Origin: Catajapyx aquilonaris
Taxonomy: Eukaryota
Direction of reading: 5' to 3'
Assembly: GCA_000934665.2 (NCBI GenBank)
Contig: KZ538092.1
Span: forward strand, 124,001-188,000
Length of the DNA: 64,000 bases
Shown piece after piece: positions 1 to 11,430 of this stretch. Made by a program: the position numbers and the translations under genes. Position 1 is the stretch's first letter; every line of letters begins with the position of its first letter. The notes under the pieces are model-generated. The model ran no database searches. It saw nothing but the letters and a program-made list of their open reading frames with translations, and was not told the DNA's origin.

Positions 1-3000
1 GGAGACTTTTGGCTGGGGAGGTTAGGAATCTTCGGGGCTGGGGGTTGCCAGGCGACTTCCACCTATAGTATACACACTACACAGAGGACTATATGAATAT
101 ACCTTTTTGCCATGGGGATGCTGGATGACAGGCAGGGGCAAGACGGGGGAGTACACTCCAGAAGATCAAGTCGAGGGGTCATTTCCCGGAAGCAATATGG
201 TGGCAGCAGATTGCGTACATTGTTGACTATATAGAGCCACCTGATATGAGAGGCAGCGCAAATCAATTTTACTTGCACTATAGGGTTTTTGGACCTTCCA
301 GGGTATACGAAAGACGATGCGGTAGTGTAAATATGTGCTTGCGTTGTCGTTTCTTGCTCGACAAGATGCGCAAGAAAATTATGGCGTGTTGCACTATATA
401 CATGGAGGAAAGTGCTTGGGAATTGATTAATTGCGTTGTGGTTAGGAGCGACAGGTCGTCAATTATTGCTTCATCTGCATAGGCGGCAGACAAGTGAGCT
501 ACACGCTTCTGCAGGGTTTTGAAGCTGCTGGAGGTGATGCGTTCAAGTTATACTGCAGTGGGACTCATTCGAGTTTAATATGAATAATTGCTGGAATATA
601 GTCGGGACAAGTTTCTCTCTCGTTTTACCATAAAAGCGGTGCAGTTTTGTGACATCTCTCTGCGTCTGCTGTGACAAATTACTGAATATTGCGGCGACTC
701 CTGTTACTATACTCGCATTTAATTGCTCGTTTTTGGTGTTTTTTGAGTATGTTTTCTTAATTAGGGCTTGCTGCACCATTATATTGGAACTGCGAATATA
801 TACTGTGTCCTGTTTATATCGTCATGACGTGTCGCCTGTCCAAGGGGAAAAAAAGTACGCTGAAAGTTTTTTAAGAGAACATGATGCAAATAAGTGAGCG
901 CAAACATCAGCATTAATTCGCAGCATTTGGGCAACGATGTGCTAAGGCGTTACGGATCATTCCGTCGTATATGGTGTGTGACAAACTAATTCAGCGTGAC
1001 ACTTCATGCAACCAACGGCCTTTGAGTGGACTATACCCCCTCTCTTTTTTTTGAATATTCCGTTTGGTCGAAAGCGCGACGTCACTTGTACATACACCAG
1101 ACATAAAAAGTTATGCGACGAAATCACCGTCGCGTAATGCAACACGACCACTGATTGCAGCTCGACCTGTACAGTTTGCAAAACGTGACAACTGTACGTG
1201 CGGAGATAATTTCGACGATAATTAAATGACACCGGGTTCCGCTCCACCCATTCTAGCTCATATGATATGATCATGCTCACACGTGCATAAGGATAATCTT
1301 CTCTTTCCCCCCTCCCATCATCTATATATATATATATGAAAAAAAAACTGGGAATCTCCCGTGTGGACCGAAAAAATGAAAAGAAAAATGCTGTTAGAGA
1401 GCTGGCGGATTCTTCAGCAAGAGTGCTCGAGTCAATAAGTAATGAGTATTGACGGGCAAGTTAGGAATATCATCGGTGGGTGGGGCTTATGTGTATATGA
1501 AGAGAGAGAAAAAAAGAGGTGCTGGCTTCCCCTCTTCGTCCCTGTTCCGGGGTTGTACTTAATAATTCATCGGTCTGGGCTGCAAAACTCATGAATAAAA
1601 GCTGCAGACTTTAAAGCGAACCCCCTCTCGCTTTTTACTGACATCGCAAAAAATTTGATAGATTTTTATACCTTTCCTGCCATCATATGCAATTTTTTTT
1701 CCAGCGAATGTACGATTCCATATGGGATTGTTTTCCAGTATCGCAGCATCGATTATTTGCTTCTTTTTTTTTGCAAACGGATTAAATGCAGAGAGTGTGT
1801 GTGCTGTGTTATAGAGAGAGATGAGGAGTGGGGGGTTCACAGTCCTGGACAAACTTGTTGGGCACACATCCTCGCCATGGCAACCTGACCTAACTCTCCC
1901 CAGGACCCCCCCTTATAATACCGGCCTTAACCTCCTTAACCCCACCCCCTCTGGACTTTCAAATTAATTGGGCAAAGGGACGTGCCACCTTTAAGTGCAG
2001 GCGGGCATGGCAAATTCACTTGCCGGAGCAGAAAGTGCCTGCTCTTAAGCCGAGTGTTGCCAAATAGGACGGTACGTTGATCAGAAGGACCTGCTGATGC
2101 TTGATGCACAACAACAATACCAGCTAAGAATTTATGCAAGGTTGTAACTGTTAATGGGCCAGGGATTTTAGTCAACGAACAAAAAAAAAAGCAAATGTTG
2201 CTGGGCTGAACTACTGTAAAGCATGGGGTTTGTGTGGAGAAGGGGAATGTTTGCGCAGACCTGTTTAAACTTTTAAGCACCACTTTGCGTTCCACCACTA
2301 AACAGTAGCCGTGGCACATGAAAGGAAAGTGAGACGTGTTTCAGATTCAAAAAGGTAAAGCTATAGGAGAGGGGGCTACTATTTTGTATATCAAGGACTG
2401 TAATTTTGTTTATTTAAACAAGCGGTCATTATTTGCCCTGTTAGTCACTCCCACTGATGTTGAGGTTTTTTTTTTCTCTTTCAATCTGTTGTAATGTGCT
2501 CTTGTACTACTCCAATTACATTTCATTAAGCGTATTCCGCACAAACAAGGCTGCTAGGTGGTCCTCCATTCCCTTGTCACGAATTCATATTTTTTTCCCC
2601 CTCGCCCTTATATTAATGAAGTTGTTAAATCAGTTCTTTTCCAAAGCAGGCCAGGCAGTATATAAAACGCCACAGCTGTAATGATAGGCCATTTCACAGA
2701 GTAACGACTTACAGAGTGGACCACGTAGCGGCTATTGATTTAAATTAGAATGCAAATTGTACACTACGGCCCACTCGATTGTTCATTAATTAGTTCGTTA
2801 ATAACGTGAACAGCTGCCCGTACAGGATCCCACGCACTTGTTGCAACCTATAAGTAACGAGGCCGTTTTTTTGTACTCTCTCCGCATCCTGTCACTGATA
2901 ATATTCCAGCCCCTTCTTCCTTGTCTATTAATGCTACAGGCACACAAAGTTGATTACAACAAGTAAAGTCCATTTTCTGAGGGAATATAGCTAGAATTAT

Positions 3001-5673
3001 AGGGTAGGATATCAGGATTTCCATATCGAAAATTATGTTGCGTCAGAATCGTTAAAACCATATTTTTAAAAACAGTGTTGATAAATCGAAATCTATATGC
3101 TTTTCGTTGATATTAGCCTTCACTATCGTATAATAATTATGCCCATATGAACCGTTATTTTTACATATAGTGTGTGAAAATTATGTTGGCCGAATTGGTT
3201 TTGGCGAATATTTTTTTTCATCCCATTTTAGTGCAAAGCGAACCAAACAGTGTTTTGTTGGAGGCATCGCCAATTTAAGCCCCTCGTCAAAGTAACGACC
3301 CACTTAAACCGAGTATATCAGTACGAGGCTGATAGATAAGAGGAGCAAAGTCGTGCAGCTGCCACCTGAAAACCCTAGTGTTGTGTGCGTGTGTGTCGTA
3401 GAGAGCTGCGTAAAATAGCACCCGACAATACATATAAGGAAAAAGGTCGGGGCAAAACTTTTTTTTTTCCTCCCCCGGAAGGAAATGGGTGAGTCTGGTT
3501 TTTGTCCTAGGGGGGGTACACCTGAAAAGCTTCGGTCCTCGGGGCTAATTCGGGACCGGGGTTGTTTTCATTAGAACGGTGTAGAAAGGAAGGAAACAAG
3601 CTTCCGCACTCTTGCACCTCCGATAGATGGGGTTGGCCTCTCAACAAACAAACAAAAAAAAAGAAGGTGTCGCGCGTGCACAGTTCAATTTTTTTTTTTT
3701 TTTACCTCATTCCTTTTTGAAAGGGGAGGTTGGAAAGAATGTGCGATTTCTGCGGAGGATTTAGATGCAATTAGCACTTTCTAATGTTGACAAAGTAAGC
3801 GTCTTCTCTTGCTGGTCGAGATGGTGGAGCTTTGAGTTTGGAAGCACTTTACCTGTCGTCCTGAGCTATTAGGACGCGAACAAGTGGCGGGGTTGGAAGT
3901 GAAAGCTTAGTCGTCGTTTACGTCGTGCTCAAGAAAAGTTGCATCGGAACAGAGTTGGGACTATATAGTCAAGGTGAGGAAGGAGCAACTTCGATTATTA
4001 TAGGGGCAAGTTCAATAGACACAACGATGTAAGTGACTTTTCACCCGTTCACGTGAGTGATAAGTTTATATGACTGCTGATCGTTCAATAGTTCAGTGAC
4101 GGGCAATCTGTTCACACTCGGTAAATGATTTCAACACCATTGCGCTATTCGTAGAATGATTTTGTTGTCGAATTGAGTCAGTTGGGGGAAAAAAAATGTC
4201 TTCAACAGATGTGCTGCTTCAGGTGTGGAAATGGAGAAACGTACTACCCAAATATTGATAGTCAGACACTCAAAATAGTTAGAGGCCGGTCCATTCAATT
4301 TTTTATTGAACTTTTAATTCGAAATTAGAGTGTCGACAGTCGTACAAATAATGTTCGTGAGGAATGTAATATCAGTGCGTTATCGGCATGTTACATTGTT
4401 TTCCTGACATACCGTGGCGTATCAGTCTGGTATGTGCATATAGGTTTTTTGAATAGTCTGTATGAGTATATAGCCAGTTTGGTATTGACCGTGTGATGAA
4501 AAACCGCATAACTCAGATTAATTATAAATACGTGCATGTCCCATGTGCAAGCGTAGCTCCGAGCTCAATTAATTTAGACGGCTGTATATAATGCAGTTAA
4601 TAAATCATTGCATGGATGTCATTATTGCGTTGATTGAATTCCGAATTAAATGCGAATTAATTATTACGCCTTATTTGCCATATTATTACGGATGTTCATC
4701 AACAGCTAATGTATCTGGTTCAACCAGCTATATACCGACGAACTTTCTGTAAGATTGATGATCGTTTTATATTCAGGTGTTGTTTGGACTGGTGCTACCT
4801 TCTTACTTGGATAATTAGCTTACACTGTACCTTTTTTGTCGGTCTCGTCTGCTAGGCAACTGCCAGCTTCACCTGATGAGCCTGCAGTTTTAATTAAAAT
4901 TTGACGAGCAACACTTATGTTCCAATTAAATATTCAGACTCACAGGGACCTACCTGCCTGGAAATTCGATGCGTTGTCTTTGAAGTCAATAACCGAGGCG
5001 CCTGTATAACGAAGCGTCTCCGACCACACCTAAGCATTATGAACATTGACCGGAATTCACCTCATTAGTTTACAGGGATTTATTACATCCTGCTTTGTCA
5101 TGCAACCTGCTCTGATTTGAACACTGTATGTATGTTGGAACAAGGTTTTCACATGAGCGTTTGATAGAAAAGGTAAAGGAATGAATAAAATGGGGAGGGC
5201 TTTAGACGTCTTCTCAGTAAATGGATTCCAAAGTACCAGCAGCTTTTCCTCTTCGAGATCTTTAAGTTCCCTCCCCCCCCCTTATATATACCCCCCTCCC
5301 AACCTTTTCTGCCTGTGCAGTCGGGGTACTCAGAATCTCTTCTTTCCCTCCCCAGTCGTCTCTCTCATGCCATGATGGTCGGACCGAAAAACAAACAAAA
5401 TACGAGCTGCAGAGCGTCTCCTGAGAGATGGAGATGAAGGCTGTTCCCCAAAGTGGAGGCACGCCCACCTTTGCAAAGTCCAAATAAAGGCCTTCTGGAA
5501 TATTAAATTCGCCCTCGGCTTTTCCCCCCCTCCTCGTGATGTGCTCACTGTCAGCTCACCACTATGGATTCTGCCATTGCTTGATATAATGTGCTAGGAG
5601 AGGCTTTTGTGCTGTGTGTGTATAGAGAGAGATACGTATATATATATGAAACCCTGTGCCTTGCAGGTATGTG

Positions 5674-8600
5674 ATGCCCATCAGGATGCTGCTTCTGCCG
5701 CTGATATTCGCAGTCCTGTGCCATTTCCTTCCCGGCGCCGGCTCTTCGGGGATTAAAGGTGAGTTTCGAGACGCCTCTGAATAAATGACGTCAAAGTGTC
5801 ATCTCATCAAGCGAGAGGACCTACCCCCCTCCTATGGCTGTGCCTTACCCTTTATATATTCTCCATTGGCTTTTGCCTTCCCCGGCGACGAGGAGAGCCT
5901 GTTGCCAACGGCAACGCCTTGGCTTCAGCTTCATATCTCCTTTCAGTGTGTCTATATGGATTGGGAATTAGCCCAATCGTCTTACAAAACCCAAGTGTCT
6001 CGAGGAAGCAGTTTCGTGTACCCATTACCCCCCTGACGTTGATGGCTTCCGGTGTCGTAGATCCTTTGCGACTTCCCAGATCATTATTGGGTGGACTCAG
6101 ACAATGTGAGTTATCGGATGCAACGTCAACCATCAGCAGCATCATAATAGCGTTGCCAACAAAAGAACGTGACTGAATATACACCGTCTATTGTTGACTT
6201 GAAAATAATATGGGGGTTATGGCTTCAATGAAAATGATATTTAGGAGGAGCAACTAACTCGATAAAATGATATCCGGTTTTGTGGCCGAAACTGCTGATT
6301 TAACTCAGGGAAATGCAGCAGCGCACCCAGAAATTCAGATCCAGATACACCCTGTACCCACCTGTTAACCCAACTTTAATTGTGACTTTGGCTTCTGCGG
6401 ACTCGTATATGAAAGCGGTCATCATATATTTAGCAGGTTCAGTCTGGCGGAATGAAAAAGTGCCCACCGCATGCGCCGAATACCTGAAGAGAATGAGAGT
6501 TTTATGCGGACCATTATTCAACCTCGTGTAGTACAGGACTTTTGGGGGCATTCAAGCCCAAGAATTTGACTCAATTTTTTAAATGCAAAGCATATAAATG
6601 GGACAATGATACGCCTTTTATTTTGGCACTTATGATATCGGCTTAGTAATCAGAGTTTCTTCGTTCATTTGAGTTGACAGGTCAATTCTGAATTTCTGGG
6701 CTGTCAGAAGTTTTCTCGAGATTTCATTCCGACTTCTATCATCGCTATGGAAATATTGAAAGAGTGACCAAAATGGCCTTCCTTTATAGATAAGTAATAA
6801 CTGTAAATACCTAATCGGCCACCGGTATTATCAGCATTGTTATTTTAGTGCAGCTCTGCACATTGTGACAGATAATTCGAGCACACTTTTAAAAAAAAGA
6901 GGATGCAGTGTTCCGAAGCACCCTGTACACACATGAACTGTAGCAACTTGCGTGTACTATTGACTGGCAAAATAATTTCGTTACGTTCCATGGAATCCGC
7001 GCGTGTCAAGTATGAAAATTGCAATACAGTTCGGCAAACTGATTACGGCAGTTGCTCGCATGGGGATGCTATGCTGCAGGGGGCCTGAGAGAGCCAGGAA
7101 ATGTCGATTTTGGCAGATGTGGAGGGATAGAAATTGGCTGGCACAGCGCATGTTAACCACAATGAGGTGGGTGGAAAAACAACAACAACTATACAAACAA
7201 AAAAAATTGTTGAGCAACTTGCAGGTCCCAACACATTACTACCTATAAACTCTATATACCTCCAACCCTGCTGTATTTCATCTCCCTCTGTATATAGTAG
7301 AGAAGAGATCGATGTGGACCGGGTTGGGGATGCAATTTGGCGAAATTTTGGGGAGGAAGGGGAGAAGCGAGCCAGGTCAAGGGATCTCCCGAGATGAAAA
7401 TCCCCGAAAAAGAGGAGGGGAAATTCGAAGAAAGATTTGCAGGAGGTGGAGGGGGGTGGATGGGAGAGAGAGAGAGAGAATATAAGGGATCCGAAATAGG
7501 AAAAGTTTCTTCCCCGCGGTCCCCCGTCTGCTTTCGGCAGCAAAGCCCAATTTGCTTGAACGGGTTTTGCGGAATAAATTCGGGGGGGTCGTGGGGGCAG
7601 CAGCAGGATGTACAGGTTGTGGGATTAATTCGTGAATAATTTCTGTCTTTTGTTAGGACCCCCGCACGTGTCTGGAGAAGTTGATCCGGAGCAAACTGCC
7701 AGAGCTGGAGATGTCATTCGTCTCCAGTGTCCAATCAGGGCCGAACCTCCGCCTATCATCGAATGGTTCAAGGTGCGTCCAATTCCATTGTCGACTGACA
7801 CGTGGGATAAACCCTATTCTATATTGGCAGGATGGAGAGCCTATTACGGCAGCGTGGATGAGATTCCGGTCATCCGGAAGCTCCCTGAGGATTCGCCCTG
7901 TGGAAACTGAGGATGGGGGAGTCTACGTGTGCAAAGGTGTCAACGGGTTCGGTTGGAAGGAGGTTGCCATGGAGCTCAAAGTCACAAGTCAGTTCAGTAT
8001 ACACACAGACGAACCCATGAAATATAGGGTGCTAACTCAATATTTGCATTGGTAGATCCAGAGGGCGAGGAGGAAAATGCGTACCCCAGAGGCGGAGGGA
8101 TGGTGAAGGTCCATGAGAAAGGGCCTGTGGGACCAGGAGGAACTGCCCCCCAGCTGGTGGAGGTCAGCCCGAGCGCGGATGGGTCAGAGAGTGTCCTGAA
8201 GCCTGCGGGGTCAACACTGAGGCTCAAGTGTGTTGCAGACGGCAGCCCGCCGCCGGAGATTGTCTGGTTTAAGAACGGGCAGGTCCTGATGGAGGAGCTG
8301 TCTGCCGCTTCACAAGTGGCTGCCTCGGTGACCTCCTCCATGACCTCTGTGCCCGTGGCCAACAAGGAGACCAGGAGGACAAGGTCGCTGCTGCACAGGC
8401 ATCACGTCACTGTTGCCGACTCCGGGTTGTATGTCTGCAGCGCGAGGAACTTTCTGGGAGAAGTCAGCGCGTCGTTTCCAGTCGAGGTCGTAGGTCAGTG
8501 GTGGTGAATCAGGTCATATCGAGAGGCCTCCTACATGTGAATCATATTTTAGATAAAGTGAACCGCAAGCCGGAACTGGAAGGAGTTGACCCAATGAACA

Positions 8601-9716
8601 CGACGGTGGAGGCGGGCAACACAGCCACGTTGCTGTGTCGGGTCAGGTCAGAGGTCCCTCCGGATGTTCGGTGGTTGAAGCGACTTTCGACTGGAGAGCT
8701 GCCACTGCAGCCCGCCTCGGGGCCGCCACCCCCTGGACACCCAGGAAACTGGAGCATCGAGTTTGACGGTTTCCACTACCAGGTATGCACTAGTTGACAG
8801 TTTACAGGAGTGGGAATGCACCATTTAGGTCACGCCCCCATTTTTCCCGCCAATTTTAAACTTTATGGAGGATTGACATTTTGGTGCTGAAAAGTGGTGG
8901 AATGGGTGTTTGCATGTATGGTTGAGCTATTCGTGCACAAATATCCCAAACCATGGTGTCATTGTCCAACAGGTGCTGCCAGCCAGCGAAGTGGTTGCCG
9001 TACAGGACGGTGCCTACCTGAACAAGCTCAGCATAATGGAGGCTCGTCCCCAGGACAGCGGCGTGTACCTCTGCCTTGCTGTCAACCCAGTGGGCTACAA
9101 CTTCAGACAAGCTGCACTCAGCGTACAGCGTCCTTTCCCGAAGAACCTGTCCGGAATCTTCCCTTCCTCTCAACCCCATCCGTACCCGGACAGCTCCCGT
9201 CTCCCGGACGTCCTGGTGTATGTCGTGGTGCCGGTATTGCTCTGCTCATTTCTAGCCACAGGAGGGGTGTGCTTCCTCCGCAAACGTAGGAAGGGCAGCA
9301 GCACCAACCCACCACCTGCACCGGCAGCACCGCCTCCGCAGCATCCAACGACGCTACCGACCATCAAGACCAACACACAACACAGCGGTACACAGACGCC
9401 CGAGGTCTTCTTGCCAACCTCCTGGCCTTACTACCACACGCCTCTTCAGCACCATCAGACCAGCAGTCCGGAGTACGCGTACCCTCGACTGCTGTTTCCG
9501 GCCAGGAGCGACCATCCAGACGACATCACGTCTGATGATGACACGGCCAAGTCGTACCACGACGTGATGAGCTACGCCGTACCCGCACCTTCTCCATCCC
9601 CGCCTCCGCCTCCCTCCCCTGCACCGCCACATAACATGTACCTGCATTACCCTCACACTCACCATCCTCACCACTCGTGGAGGCATCATCACCGACACTT
9701 GCATCTTCATTGTTAG
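5674..9716 (+). CDS. FGFRL1: FGFR-like 1 (FGFRL1/nou-darake-like) kinase-less receptor, paralog A, about 589 aa, 6 coding exons
   Basis: Exons 5674-5758 (signal peptide MPIRMLLLPLIFAVLCHFLPGAGSSGIK), 7657-7772, 7831-7987, 8056-8493, 8553-8782 and 8973-9716; all GT-AG and frame-consistent. Ig1 has [10 protein letters not shown]; Ig2 has LKC..DGSPPPEIVWFK...YVCSARNFLG; Ig3 has C.VRSEVPPDVRWLK...YLCLAVNPVGYNFRQAALSV. TM segment LVYVVVPVLLCSFLATGGVCFL is followed by RKRRK. The tail has no kinase, contains YPRL, and ends HTHHPHHSWRHHHRHLHLHC, like the His-rich, Cys-terminated vertebrate FGFRL1 tail. Confidence 0.9.
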
Positions 9717-9902
9717 TGCGAAAGCTGACAAAAGCCCCTCCCGCTTATGTACTGAGACAGGACTGGTTTGTTGGGAATTGCCCATTACTCTTCACGTGTC
9801 ATTCCAAGGCTTTTACCCAAAAAAAATGTTTCATAAAAACAAAGATGAAGTTCGAAGGAAGAAACTCTCAGGCTCCAGGAAACAGTTTTCTGACTCATTA
9901 AT

Positions 9903-9995
9903 TTGTGATTCAATTGTGATTGTGATTCAATTGTGATTGTGATTCAATTGTGATTGTGATTCAATTGTGATTGTGATTCAATTGTGATTCAATTG
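9903..9995. repeat. 17-bp minisatellite (TTGTGATTCAATTGTGA), about 5 copies
   Basis: Directly visible perfect tandem repeat about 190 bp past the stop codon of paralog A. Confidence 0.92.
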
Positions 9996-11430
9996 AAATC
10001 AAGTCCATATAGTAACTGCAATATTTGGACATACTGCCAGTACTGACCTGTTCAGCAAAAGTAATCTAACTGGACCACTTACAGTAAGAACTACCTTTCC
10101 TGGATCACCATAATCAGATTTATTAGTTTTGCCAATAATTGCAAAATTACAGATGCAACCCTTTCATGGATCACCATGTGTAATATTCGATTAGAAATTG
10201 CGCACTTTGAAAAAAAATTTAAGCTTTTGGAATGAACACAGAGTACTCCGCTGCATATCATAATTGGACAAATTAAGGAGTGGGCAGGAAGATGAGTGTT
10301 TTATTCAGAGAAAAGGGGAACAGGGATTGAAAGAGTCTGGGGCACAATTTCGTCCAAAGATATACATATGTCTCATTGTAAAAATTTCCATTTGTTTGTT
10401 TGTTTCTTCTGATGATGTACATCCCATCTTGATCAAAGTGTGATGTCAAGTACGGCACAAGTGTTTCAAGGAACCAAGAAGAAGAAAAGAGAGAGAGAGA
10501 GAGAAAGAGAGAAGCATTGTTGTGGCCGTTTTGTTGGCGTTTTTTCCGAACTCTGCTCACCAGTGTCCAGCCGGAACTATTTTTGTTATCTGTGATATTA
10601 CGAGAAAGAGTCAGCGTGGTTTTTTGCCGTAATTTATTTGGTGTTGTTTCCAAGTTTCCCCCCCCCCCCCCCNCCCCCCCCCCCCCTTTCCCCCCAAACT
10701 ATATTTGTGTGCTCTGGTCATTCGTTCGTCAGGGATTACTATACGGTATAATTGTTATTGTACTTGTTATGCGGAAGCGACATTTTTCTAGTCGGAAATT
10801 GAAACTTCAGAAAAAAAAGTCAGGACATGTTCAGAGAATGTATAACACTCCAACACTGTACTGTGTGAGAGAAGACATGCCCACCAACTCTTTTTATTAC
10901 ATATTGTACATGTACATTCTGTGATGTACGTTTGTAAAACAGTTGTACTATTTCCAACCGACTGTCTATATTTATTTTTTTCCCGGCGTCCTTTCCTTTG
11001 AAAATCCCACTTTTGCAGGTGACTGCGACTGCGTTATGTTGAGTGCTGGAAATTCGATAAATCTACCTCCGAAACTTGTGCATAGGATTCCAGGGAAATG
11101 CATCAGAGCCATCTGTGGATACACTCTCACACAACGTCTTCTTTATTTTTCATTTTTTTTTCTTTCCAAGGAAAAAAAAGAGGGGAAGAGACCCACTTTT
11201 GTTAACATTAATAATAGGATAACAGTCATTGGTATAAAATTGGAAAAAGATAACACTGGAAACTTGATTTTTTTATAATTATGTTAAAAGATCGATGGTA
11301 ATTTATAATGGTGACGATATAATTGACTGACGGCACAATCGCCCATAAGCACGTAGAAAAAATTGTACGTCCATTTTGCAACGACGACTGCCGAATTTAT
11401 GTACAGGCCACTATGTACAAGTACAATGCT

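Noticed and set aside
1..800. Possible 5' exons of a minus-strand gene leaving the window (ORFs 543-779, 278-493, 63-278; donor at 102, acceptors at 63 and about 242)
   Set aside because: Splice-like sites exist, but I could not build a consistent frame or recognise a protein. An FGF ligand was considered and is not supported. The adjacent window is needed.
9903..9995. CRISPR-like appearance of the short repeat
   Set aside because: No unique spacers, eukaryotic context and no cas genes; it is a simple tandem repeat.
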